In this document: in pieces, positions 40,849 through 54,147 of the stretch
How the letters are laid out: every line of letters starts with the position of its first letter
Numbering within the stretch: position 1 is the stretch's first letter
NCBI GenBank assembly: GCA_051362555.1
Contig: CM120641.1
Span: 15,314,001-15,378,000 of the forward strand
Origin: Lingula anatina
Lineage: Eukaryota > Animalia > Brachiopoda
Length of the DNA stretch: 64,000 nucleotides
Direction of reading: 5' to 3'
The notes under the pieces: generated by a model
The model's input: only the letters and a program-made list of their open reading frames with translations
What the model was told of the DNA's origin: nothing
Database searches by the model: none
Translations under genes and position numbers: made by a program

Positions 40849-42860
40849 AATAATAAAAGGTGCAAACTCCCTTTCCTCAAGTTTAATATCTGAAAAAGAA
40901 AAGTGATGTGCTTTTGTTGGTCACATCGCTTGTTCATGAAGATAGTAGACATATGTTTAACAAGCAAGAATAAAATGTAGTTCATATTTTAGTTGCATGT
41001 TTTATGAAATTCTTTTGAACTCTTGTAACACGTTCTGACAACAATTTTAGATTCCTTGACAAGCTAGAGAAGATGCTAAAGTGTACACCACAGTAGGGTA
41101 CTGACAGTCCTACAATTTTCAATTTCATTCATTTATTTGAAACTTTAAGAATTTCATTTTCAATAAATGCACACTGACTCGAACTACATGTAGTATCAAA
41201 AACATTAATGCATTTGAACAACTCAAATGAATTATGGGTATATGCCTACATCAGGTTACATAAGTTATATACCTCCTAAAGTACAGGGCTCTACTCACCA
41301 ACTATCTGCTTTAGATACTGACATTTTTCAGACCTAATTTTCTATATTTGGTTGCCTTGACCAACATAACCTCCGTTTACAAAAGAGTTGAATGCGCATA
41401 ATCAAGAAGAGACGTATCTGATGATCCGACCGTCGTTGTGGATCACCAGATCAGGACTGTTCTATTAGGCCGAAGAACGATCTTTAACGCATCGGATTAT
41501 GTTTTACACACTGTATATATATTGACAGTAACGTTATGCCTTTTTTAAAGTCAGAAATCAATCACAAATATTAAATTAAAAAACCCTGCCTAACGCTTTA
41601 ATATTTAGATTGGGAATAATTAAGGTAATAATAACAAGACCACTCCCCTGACGCCCGTATTTTTTTTTTTTAAGATATCCCAACTTGACCTACATTTTCT
41701 TGCTGTTGTAACATTCTTTTTGGTGCAGATTCTGCTCATTTCTTTTATGAATATATATTTTTGGTAAGTAAGATGACCCATAATTAAGTTCCAAAAAATA
41801 TATTTTGGAAAATAAATCATCCAATAAATTTAAAGCAATGATTTAATTTTTTTTGTTTCAAGCGCCTACAAAAAGCCTTCCCCGATTCAGTAGAGCCTAT
41901 TCTTTTTCTCCACTACAAGTTGTTGAAATAGAGCCCGTGTGCTCAGCACTGCCAATTATAATCACCATCAGCTCAAAAGAAATAAACTCTAATTGAGCTT
42001 GTACAGATTATATCGATAAAAAAGAAGCGTACTGCTTGATATGAAAAGGTTTTATTGTATTAAACAATTTTTATGCGTTAATTATTACCATTCTTACTTT
42101 TTGCTTGCCATTGTAAAAAACTTTCTCAGCATTTGAGAAATATTTGCGCTAGAATGTATTTAACTTTTGGGCCCGTGGGGAAAGTAAAAAGTCAGTGGAA
42201 TAATGAAAACTTTCCCAAAATAAATAGGTGGGAGGTCAAAAACTGTTATGTTCAACTTGTGAGACAAGGAACTCACTAAAAAAAGAAAAACAACTCCAAT
42301 TTAAATTCTACCTACATTTATTTAGAAACATATCTGCAACTGGCTTGTCAAACCAATTGCACATTTTCAAGGACTTCATCACTACTTGAACTTCACTTAA
42401 CATGTATATAGAACAAAGCCAGATGTTGTTACACTGAACATAGTAATACTAGCTGGAGAATAATGGTTACAGCAAAACTATCTCCAAAAATATCTTTTAT
42501 TTTGGATTCCAAGTATGAGCAGAGGTAATATATAGCTCTTACTATAAACTGAATTTTGGAGTACATTTCAACCATCTCCAATGTCATACATCCTCATTGT
42601 CACATCTGTCATGTATACACACAGCAACACTTTGAAAAAAAGTTAAAAACAACACTTCATGCTTTTCTTTCACAGACCAGCCTTTACTACCAAGATTTTA
42701 CAACTGCAAATTTCCTGTAGGATGATGTAAGAATAGATAATCCAAGATATTAAAGATGAAAGATAGTGCTGTTCAAATAAGTATGCATTTACAAAGGTCA
42801 GTATTGCTCCTTTCTTAGAAAAGATGTATCATCTACAAACCAAACAAAATCTGGATTTTT

Positions 42861-42956
42861 GCATCAATCATATTCTTGAGTATTTGTCTTTATGCATCAA
42901 TCATATTCTTGAGTATTTGTCTATATGCATCAATCAAATCGTTGAGTATTTGTCGA
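42861..42956. repeat. 33-bp minisatellite, about 3 copies
   Basis: gcatcaatcatattcttgagtatttgtc(t/c)(t/a)tat repeated. Confidence 0.9.
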
Positions 42957-44703
42957 TGTCTGTTATTTCCACCTCCTAAATCCAAGTCTTGCCAAAAGAC
43001 TAACATCTTTCAGGTGCATTTACCAAACCCTTTACTGTCCATAAAATTGAGCATTTTTCTCCATATTATGCAACATATACTGAACCAGAGAACATACATG
43101 TATGCAGCAAACACATCGTTAGTTCAACATTTATTTTAAGGTAGTATATGTGAGCAATATCATGAAAAGTGGATCAACTTAGATTAATTCACACACACAA
43201 AAAAAAATTGTAAAGAGTAAAATGACTACATCTATTCGAGCACCTTTACAGCATCAATCTAAAGTGCTCTTTAGAAAGTTGTGAATTTGCGAGTCAAAAT
43301 ATTAAAGGTTCTCATACTGATAATGCCCTCTTTTTTCATAGACCCTAAATTGCATAGAACAATCTTTCAGCACCATGATACGGCATTCTATTAAACCTAT
43401 TTTGCCCATACAAATTACATGATCTATCCCATTCACCGATTTGATACTGACATTTGTTCTTGGAAACCTAATGTATTATGCAATTTTAATTGCATTAAAA
43501 CACACTAATGGAACTACTGTGCTAGGTGTAACATTGTTCTAACTTTTTTTCATTTTGCAGCCTCTTTGATTCTATGTGCATGTTTTTACATTAGTGCTTT
43601 CATAGTCAAAGGCTCTACAGTGCGCCTACTATAATACAATTCTCATCCCATAATAACCGCAATATCTATATTCAGTACAAAAGTTTTACTTTGAAAAAAA
43701 ATTAAAAAGAGGAAAAATGTTTGTGATAAATAATGTAATATTCAAAGTTATTACGATAAATACTCAGCCAATTCCATATGAAATTAACACTTACACTCAC
43801 TTGCTAATGTAAAACCACAGAACATCCATATCTTCGTATAGACTAGAGATGACGACTAGACAATAGCAACTGTATCTTATACTATGAATGTTTTAACTAT
43901 AAGGTTTCTATACATCACAAATCTATGTAATAAGATTCCCACCATATCATGTCTCATCTGCCATAAATATATACAATTGTAGATTAGTTTCAGAACCAGA
44001 CTTGCACCAGAGCATCTTCATGTTATGTTGACAAACTTTATCACCTTCTCCTTGTGAGTAAAAGGAAAAATTAAAATCTTGGTTTCCTGTTTAAACACCA
44101 TTTTATCACCAAGGAACAGGGGCAGTTCAAAATTAAAATGTTGCTCACCAAGTCGGGTGTTATATTGTTTTTTTTTTTTTAGGGGTAAATTTGTTCTTCT
44201 CCCTGGCATATTCCTGCATTTTTGCATCTGTACTGACCAAGCAAGGTCACAAAACAGGATTTTTCATGATTTTTCATAGTATGCAGCAAAAACTGTAGCT
44301 GGTAGTTAGGGTCCATATTTGACATTCTCTCATGGATAAACAATGGTGAAAATTAGATTCGATTAACAACTTCCAAGATTATTTCATGTTCCCAGCAGTA
44401 GTTTGACCAGTGACTAGAAGAGATTGGACTTAAGTTTTGATTTGCCAATTTTTCAATCATTTACTTAAGAACATAATGGGTATCAATATTTTGAAGATAT
44501 TTCCACTCAAGGCAAGATGGCATTCTGAACTCAGACATTTTTTACCATCACATTTCCTTATATTCATGTCAATACTGCATAAAATGTATGCTGTGTTCAA
44601 AATACTTTGTCGTTGTGACCACAAGGCTTCGTTTTAATATCACTGCGAGTTCATTTAGTTTACTCTTGAAGGCATGTTGTAGAGTAAATTTAAGTACTCT
44701 TTT

Positions 44704-47700
44704 TTATTCTTCTTTCTTAACCACAATCAGGTTGTTGTGGCCATCTTCACAAGCAGTTGTCGTCTGTAAAGAAAAAGAAACAGAATAAGACATAGGAACA
44801 ACAAGATCATTCTTAAATTGAACTTCTTAATTACTTGGGATTTTCAAAAAATAAAATAAATAAATAATAATAATAACAATTAATTTGCACAAAAATTAAC
44901 CAGAAGAAGCTATGTTCTCCTAACATGTAACATCAAATAACAAAGGCAATCCTAACAATCTGTTACAAGGACTGTCAGATGTGAACATCAACAGGCATCA
45001 AAAACTGGAAATAACTTTTGAAAGTCATAAAATAAAACGGAAAACAGACTGGCCTTACACCTGCTTTCAAAAGAAACCTAAAAAAGGTTCCTCATTGTAC
45101 AGTTAACTAGCATAACATTACCACATTTTTCATTTCTTCAGTACCTGACTATGGTTCTCTTTCTTTTCTCCATCTACTACAAACTTGTACTGGTATTCAC
45201 CCTCGGCTAATTCTAAAGTAGTACAGAACACTCCATCTCTGGAAAAAAGGCATCAAAATCAGAAGTAGACTTATAATTTCTAAAAAAAAAGTGAAAAACA
45301 TGAGGAATTTTCAAAAACACGTTATTAAGAAACACCAAATGTTATTCCAATGTTGTTTATGCTCTGAGTCATCATCCATGTGCTTCAGTTCATTTTTTTA
45401 AAAAAGAAGAAGCATGGTCAACCTTGACCAGTCTGACAAGATAGAGTGATATCCAACTGCCATTAATCTACATCTAAGATAGTTAATAGCTGTTAGCATG
45501 CAAAAACCTTCTTACTGCTTTCAATTACTTTTCCTAATCATAAGTGCAGAAAGTAATATGATGGCAAATTATATTTGAAACAGGTCTACAAAGCAAAAAA
45601 CCAGGCACCACAAATGAATAAATAAATTTGGACATTTCTACAATTCTCTTGCTAAAAGGTATGCAATCCAAGATTTGCACCAAATCAAATTTTCCTCAAG
45701 AAAAAAAAGCAATTTTCTCCTACCCATGAATTATTGCTTCATCTGCCCAAGCACCTGGATCCAATGTTTTATACCATTTCTAATTAAAAATTTAGTTTCA
45801 AATGTCTGGCTAGACATTTTCTCTTCCTAACATTTCACAATACACACACTGTACAATATTGAGAAGGGCCTCATTTTCACTTTATAACAGGAGAACTGCT
45901 GTGAAGTTTAGAATTTTCACTTTGTATCATGTTTAAATGAGATGATTTTATTTCTCACGTTGTGAGATTGTGAAGTGTTAAGGCTCAAACCCTGCTAGCT
46001 TCAAGGCTCAGGTGGAAATCTCAACATCCCATACACTACAGAAAAACTTTTATTTTAGAAGTTTTATCTTTTTTATGATCTGAAGAGGGATAGATAAGAA
46101 TTAAGTGATGCAAGAAAAAATATGAGCTTTGGGACATTTTAAAATCCAGGCAGGATGCCATTAGTACATTTAAGTTCATAATAACATGAAAAGTAAACTT
46201 ACACTTTCTCCATTTTTACTTGGTCTTTCCAATCTGAGAAACTGCCAATAAGGTACACTTCTGTTCCCTCGTGTTCCCATTTAAAGTGGACAGGTAGTTT
46301 GCTGGAATGCTCCTAAAAGCAAGCACACAAAGAAATTTAATCTAACTGTCCCATCACAAAAAAATTATGTTCTACTTGGCTAAAATGCTTTTAAAACAAG
46401 AAACATAGCATATTTCTGTTGACTTTTTATATCCTTGGTTGTCTATGTTCTGAATAATTTGCGAGTGTATTTTGGCATTGCCAAACTAATAAGAACTTGC
46501 CCATAGGGTTGTCTGTTAAAGGTTTGCAACATGTTTCCTCTCCTATGAACCTACCGCTTGGAAAACTATGTAAAAATAACTTTGGTGAAAATCTCTGAAC
46601 GTGATGGAAATGCCACATGGCTTTAAAGGTTCACTTTGTAAAATGTTTTTATTCCATCATGTGGAATTAGCAGATAAATTTTTTCTAAATGTTCTTCCAT
46701 TTTGTAATAGACAAACACTTCACAATAATGTTTCAGAAATTTCTAAAGTTGCTTTTTATTGGCCATGCAATTTTACCCTTTCTTTAGTTCCTACAGGGGC
46801 TGATACACAAAAGTCCTTGATAAATTTCACACAGCTACGAAAATGAACTAACTGTCCTAGGAGTCAAGGTAGTTTGTTTATCCTGAAGAAGTAGTGAGCA
46901 AGGCAGTCAAAATTGGGTAAAAATTAGGTAAAAAAAGAACAGACATGGACTTGTCTAAATTGATAGGGATGAATGATGATGTACATTTAGAGCAGTGTAT
47001 GATCGTTAAAGTAAATCCTCCTTCATGCTTTTTACCTCTTCCTTGGACTGTTCTGTCTGGGTTTCTGGCTCATCTGGACTATTCTTCACCTGGCAAAGAA
47101 ATAACATGCCAGCATGAAAACATTTCTCTACTTTTTTTGTTCACCAAAAGCCAGGAATATGCTGAGTGGGAAAGGACAAATCATAGAGGACACAAAATCT
47201 TGAAAAAAATACAAATTTATTCAACGGAATAGATAACATGCAATATTAAGTAAAATGTTGAGAGAGAGAAAGAGATGGAGACTAACCTCTTCCTCTGTTG
47301 GAGGTTCTTCTTGGGTATTTTCCTCTTTTGCACCGTCTTCAACTGAATCCTGAAAAATGGAGAACATGCTTTATAAATTGACCTCACCATCTCATTGGAT
47401 AAGCATTAGAAAAAGCAAACACTTCAGAAAACTTGATCTGAACATCAATAAGAGAAATGACAATGGGAATTTGTAGAACAGTCTCTTTACGCATTTGTCT
47501 CTTACTTATTTAACAGATATGACTGGTTTTGCTTGCAGAGTTTAAATATTTTCAGGTTATACAGTGGCAGATCCATGGATTTCAGAAAGGAGGCCCCCAA
47601 AAGACTTTAAACTACCATTTTTGACCCCCTTCTCATAAGCTGCATATATAGTTAACACCAGTATCAAACATAATGTAGGTTCTTAGGTTTTCAGCAGTGC

Positions 47701-50700
47701 ATACACCAATCCAATTCTGTGGCTACTTGTCATTCCCAGGGGTCCAAGAAAGATGAGCATCCCAGAATTGTTTCATAAAAATTTGCCTGGACTTCTGAAG
47801 TGTATTCTCTTTGCAAGTTTTAGTTCCAGAATGGTCTTTTCTCTTTCTTGGGTGGATGGATCCACCATATATATTTTGAAATATAGCAATTTTGGGCTAA
47901 AATTGGGACAGGATAGGATGGGATAGGGTACGGAATCTGCCACAGTATGTTTATGTAAGTAATAGCGACACAAAAAAGAAGTGTATTTCAAGTGTCTTAA
48001 AATATCAGTAATTTTTACTTCTGCATTATAGAATATATAAATAGTCTAATAAAGAATGTTTTAATTAATTAAATTCACTAATGCTATTATGTATGCACAG
48101 ATCTTAAGTCTAAAGGAAGAAGATTTTGCTAAATTTCACAGATGCAATTATATGTGAACAGATCTCATAAGTGTAAGGCAGAGGGTTAGTTCAGGAAATG
48201 TGGATGCCTCATGCCAGGATTCCTCCAACATGACTCCAAGGTTGACAGGTCAGCCATTAGTGTCACACTGAGACAGCGGTAGATGAGGCGCAGGTTGTTT
48301 CCGTCTATGAAGACAAATTCTTCAGCAGAGAAGATGCATTAACAAATCACACACGCAAAGTTGTTCTTTCATGAAAATGTGATGTTAAGCCTATCAAATG
48401 AAATGTAATGAGAATCTGTGGAAGTTTGGTTGACACGTGTATTTGATTTAAAATCAACATAGCTGGTCAATTATGCAGTAAGGACTCAATTCAACTAAAG
48501 TCAGATAAACAATAATGCTAAAAGCTTGACAAATGTGCAAGTTTTCATTGTCAAATTCTTGGTACTTCCATAATAAAATCAACTACAAGTTCAGAGAGGC
48601 AAAGGCTGCCTTCAGACTATGTACCACCAGCCACATTAAAGCATTTCAGTGATATAAAAAAATACAGATATAAATACAGAATATAAATAACAACTTTTCT
48701 GGCAATTGGAGAATTTCATAAGCTGTGTATGATAAAAGAAAAAAGTAATTTTTCTTCATTCAGCAGCTTACAATTAAAACAATTTCATGTTCTTATCTCT
48801 TTTATATTTGCATCAATTTAACAATTAATATGTAGTTTACTTTCATAAAAATTGAAAACCCACAAAAATGCACTGTTTGTTCCAAACCAGGTAGTTTCAG
48901 AACAAACAAGATATGTCAACAACAATTGGATGCATAGACAGGAAGTTGTGGTAAATCCAACTTTATGCTGGTGGTACAATACATACTGAAAGAACAAATC
49001 CCTCTCTAATTACTTCTCTGAGGTATTTCTCTATGAGCACAGGTGCAAGGTTCTGTTGAATAATATAGAAACTCATATAACATGCATATAGGAAAATTTT
49101 ACACATCTAATCTCTCAAAATTTGATGGAACTAGTTACCCATAGTCACCTTAGGAAATAATCAAAGCAGGAAATTGAGCATTGAACTATGGCAGAGTTTA
49201 TATGCAAGGTGCTTTTGGATTATATGCACCACAGTTTCCCTTTTAGTAACTATTGAAAATCAGTAAGGCAACAAAAGCTGCCAAATGTACAGAAACTGAT
49301 CCTGCAAAAAAAAAAAAAGGTCCATTCCAAAAGTGATCTTTACAAGCCACAGATCTAAATTGGTATTACTATTTACTAAGGGGTACATGAAGTTTCAGCT
49401 AAAACAGATCTACGAATTTGGAATCAAGAGTACAAAAAGCCTAGATCAGATTTTGGGCTGAAACAGCAAAATGGACGAAGATGAAGAAGTTTTTTTATGT
49501 ATAAGTAAGGATGCATATTTTTATGGAAAATAGTAGCCATCTTGGATATTTCAAGTTGTCAAAGTAGACAATGTAGCTGAATTTGTTCTTGGGCCCAATG
49601 GGACTCTAAATCAAGTCAAAAAATAGATTAAAAAAAATTTGCCTCTACTATACTTTTATAAATCTGAGGTGAGCAATGTCAGATGACAAGCAAGTTCCCT
49701 TTAAGTCAAAGGTTATGTAAAATCATAGTTTTATTTTACACACCAAGTTTCAATAAAAGGGCGGGTTGTTTTGGAAAATATGGAGTAAAAAAAAAAAACA
49801 AAATTGTAAGTGCAGTGAGACAGCAACAATGACAGCCTTTTCAGGTGGTATATATATATATATATACAGCACACAGTGTCTGTACATAAAATTCTTTTTA
49901 TTGATTTGAATATCATAGCTTGAAAATGAAGTTACAAAAAGCTTATGATTGCTTAATTTCACTTACTGTTTAATAGCATATCACACAGCTGTAGAGAGTA
50001 AGTTTTTTTCTTTTTTTTCATTTTTCTTACATCAAAATTTTTCTCATTTAACAAGTGAAGTTTTAAATCATACTAAGAAATCAGGGACCTAGTTTAGAGC
50101 TGTAAACTGGCACTCAAGGTAATTTCTGCAAAAATTGACAAAAATACAGAAAAGCTGTTTAAAATTATTTTGACATCTTATAATCTTTAAATATAAACAG
50201 TAATTCGTGACATAAACATAAATGTTTGAGGGCTCAGAAGCAATCATCAACCTTTTGCTATTTTAAGCAGTCAACTTAATTGAATAGAGAGGTACAATTT
50301 AAAAAGAAAGGAATTGGTTACTTCAGTCAAGCAAGCGAGCGAGCAAAAAAAAAAGTAGCATCAAGCGAGGAAGGTCTCTACAGGCACAGCACTGCAACAG
50401 CATTCACCATACCTCTGGATTATCTGGATTAGTGGCTCCCTCTGAGGGACAATCATCAGGTTTGCCAACCAATGGATGATCATCATTTCCTCCTTTAGTC
50501 TCTGGTGATGATAAGGCTGCTGGTGTTTTATCTGAAACTTCATTTTCTAAAGTTTTAGACACTATAACACCTGCTGGAGAAGCATGTTGTGCAATTTTAG
50601 TTTCAGATTCATTGGAAATTTCTGTTTCATTTTCTAATTCAGGTTTTCTCTCTTTTGATTCTTTGGGAGACTTGTCCTTCTGTGGTTCATCTTTGACTTT

Positions 50701-53700
50701 TTCCCCTTCAGAAACTTCTTGCTCAAGAACCTGATGCTCCTCATCTTCTTTTGGAGTTGAAGCATTTTTATCATCTTCCTCATTTGGGGGTTCTGTGACG
50801 TTAGCATTTTCAATACCATGTTGCATCTTTACTTCTACTTCAGGGCATTCTTCCTTTGCCTCTGGTTTAAGTGACTCTTCAGCATCATTCTCATCTGTTG
50901 CTTGTACATCAACTATCTGTTCTTCATGATCTTTCTGTGCACCTTGTAAATGTTCCTGTCCAACAATTTCCTCTTCTTGCTTTTCTGATTCTTGTGCCTG
51001 TTTGACTACCATTTCTTGTAGTGTTTTTGACTCAGGTATCTGTTCAACAATATCTTCATTCAGTGCCTCTTTCTCAGGGGATTTTTCATGGACTTCCTCT
51101 GGTTCCACCACATTTGGTACATCTTTGGAATTTTCTTTGGGCTGCTCTGTTTCAGTTACCTGGTGATCAATATCTTCTTTTGGTTCAATATCTTCCTTTG
51201 GTTCTTCTGTCTCAGGTTTCTCATCAACAATATCGTCTTTTGGTTCCTCTGCAACAGGTGCCTCTTTCACAACATCTTCTACCTCTTCCTGCTGTGCCTG
51301 TTCAACAATATCATTTTGAGTGTCTGTCTTAGTTACCAGATGAGCAATAGATTCTTTTGGTTCCTCTGTCTCAGAATTCTGGTCAATAACTCCTTTTGGT
51401 TCCTCTGCCTCGGGTACCTGTATCATGTCATCTTCCTTTAGTATTTCTCTCTCTTGTTTAACAACTTCACTTTGTGCCTCAGACACAAAATTCTGATCAC
51501 CAGCTACCTCCTCTGGTTCCTCTGCTTGAAGTTTGTCAACATCTTCCTTCAGTACATCCTCCTCATGTACCTGATCAACAATATCTTTTTCAGGTACCAC
51601 TGCCTCAGCTACTGGTTTACCAAGATTTTCTTTTGGAACTTCTTTCTCCTTTTCACCCATTTGTTCACCCTCTTTCACAGCCTCAAGCTGGGTGTCAGTA
51701 TGAACAATAATACTTACCTCTCCTTTCTGTTCCTCTGCTGTGATTGACTCTGAGACTATAGCTGACAAAGCAGGTGCTGTTGGTTCGGGCATTTCTTGCT
51801 GCTGATTCTCCTCCACTACAATGGGTGCTGCCCCCTCTGTGACTGGCTCAGCAGGTGGTGGTAATTCCTCTTGTGTTTGCTCTGTGGGTGCCTCTTCTTT
51901 GACCTTGGTCTCTTCGACTGCAGTCTCTGTATTCTTTTCTTCTTCAACTGCAGTCTCTGTAGTTTTTTCATCTTCTGCTGTGGTCTCTTCTTTCTGTTCT
52001 ACTACTTCTGGTTGAACTGGTTCTAACTTGTCTTGTCCAGCTGTATCCACATTTGCTTCATTCTCTACTTTATTACTTTCACTTTTTTCTTCTCCTTCCA
52101 AAGAGGGAACAGGCTTCTCTGTATTTTTTCCCTCTTCATCTTTTACTTCTTCACTTTTACTGTCGTCCAACTTTTGAAGTTGATCTGCTGATGAACTGCC
52201 TTTAAGACACCCCCCAAAACAAAAGCCCTTCTTCTCTGGTGATTTTGAACCATCCTTCTGTTTGTTAGTACTCTTTTTCTCTGCATTTTCACTAACCTCT
52301 TTTTCTGTTTCCTCGACTACGGGTGTGTCTATTGTTGCACTTTCTGGTTGCTCTTCTGGCTGCTCTTCTTCAACTTCAGTCTTTTCCTCTTCAGCAGCAG
52401 TAGCAGTAACATCAGCAGCATCACTTTCTAGTTTATTTTCACTCTTTTCAATAGTTTCCTCTTTTTCTTCTTCTACCTGTGCATCTTCTGGGGTTTCAGG
52501 TTCCTTTTCCACTGGGCTTTCATTATCTGATTTTGCATCATCCTGTTTTTCAGTTTCAGAATTCTGTACTTCCTTTTCCTCTTTATCAGTGCTTATAACC
52601 TCCTCAGGACCATTTTCTGTTGGTGTGCTATCAGTTTGTTTTTGTTCAATTTCATCTAGATCAACACCCTGCACATTATCCAGTTCTGAGTTGTTAGCAT
52701 CACCATTTGGAGTTGTTTCCTACAAGCAAAGAATAAAAATAATAACAAGCATCAAATAAGGCCATAAAAGCTCCACACCATATTTTAAAAATAATAACAC
52801 CTTGTATTTTTAAAACATATTACCAAACCTTTAATCATTAGTCACAAATATAAATAAAATTAGAAATTAAAAGTTAAATGAGCTGCCACTTAGTATGACC
52901 CCAAGCAGTAAGAATTCATGTTAACCAAGAGCTATGGTAAAATGCACACTAACATCTTAAAAGTAGCCAATATAAACACTTGACCTTGAAAATAAGCTAT
53001 AAATAAAGGCAATGTCCAAAAATCACTTAATAATAATTAGCAGAAATAGCTACATTTAAGGGTATTTTTATCAACTGTCATGCTGGTGGTTTTCAGATTG
53101 GAATGCCTATGAACAACTGTAATTGTTGATTGTTTTTTTAATTCTTCAATTTTTTTCCTTATGATAATGACTATAATAGTATACGGTTAACTATCTAATA
53201 GAATCACTCATATAATAGTATAGTGTTAACTATCTATTAGAATCACTCAAAACAAGGTCTACATTAAAGTTTTTTTCCTTTAATATGACAATTTTCAAAT
53301 TAGTCGGCTAAGCTGAAAACTTTGCCATTTCCCCACCATTAAGAGCTTCCATGACTGGTATCATATTTCAATGCAAGCAATTCCTGTTTAATATTGACAA
53401 ACACAACATTTGATAGTTTAGCCATGGTAGCATTTGAGAAGAAAAACATAACACTGTCATTAAGGAAAAAAATAATGTCCAATCAAAACTAAGATGAATT
53501 CTTTGCACATAAAATAAAACAGAATAAAAAGTCCATTTATTGAGTAATGTGTATACAAGACTTACATTTAACATGCCTCAAGAAGGACTTCCTTCTGTTT
53601 TTTGTGGGTCAAACCTGTCCTTATTTAGTACTAGTGTGGTTGGCTGACACCTCATATTGTATAGTGTTAACTCGGTGCAGTAATTAAATGGCAATCACAG

Positions 53701-54102
53701 GAACCTGTTAACGACGTTAACATCCACAAAATATTACCCTGCTGTCCTCAAAATATTACATTTACTGGTAAAGTGATATTTCTCAATTTCCTTTTTGTAT
53801 TATATATTTCAATAATAACTAATCAAAACTGCAAAAATGACAGACTAAACTGAGACACACTTGGACAAGCTGTGGTCACTGAAGTGTTATGAAGAGCAGA
53901 AGGGATGACATAACCAACAACTAACAGAGTCCAACAGAAGACTTTTTTTACAATGGGTCTCATGAATATATAGAGTAAACAAAACAATTATTCTTTAAAT
54001 GTTCAGTTTTAATTTGTTAAAACTGGAATAACGTGAGGGGATTGGGATGTAGTCCTCTTATCATATGCTATTATTTTATGATGCTTATAAATCTTAAAAT
54101 TT

Positions 54103-54147
<45 letters not shown>

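Noticed and set aside
44704-46312. Calling the gene a canonical AMPK beta subunit (PRKAB)
   Set aside because: The stop follows the CBM immediately, and I found no ASC-like (PP.LPP, HV.LNHLY, RY..KYVT) exon between 41 and 44.7 kb.
50404-52674. 756-aa ORF as a standalone intronless gene
   Set aside because: It starts at GTG; the frame is bounded by an acceptor at 52720-21 and a donor at 50411-12, so it is an internal exon.
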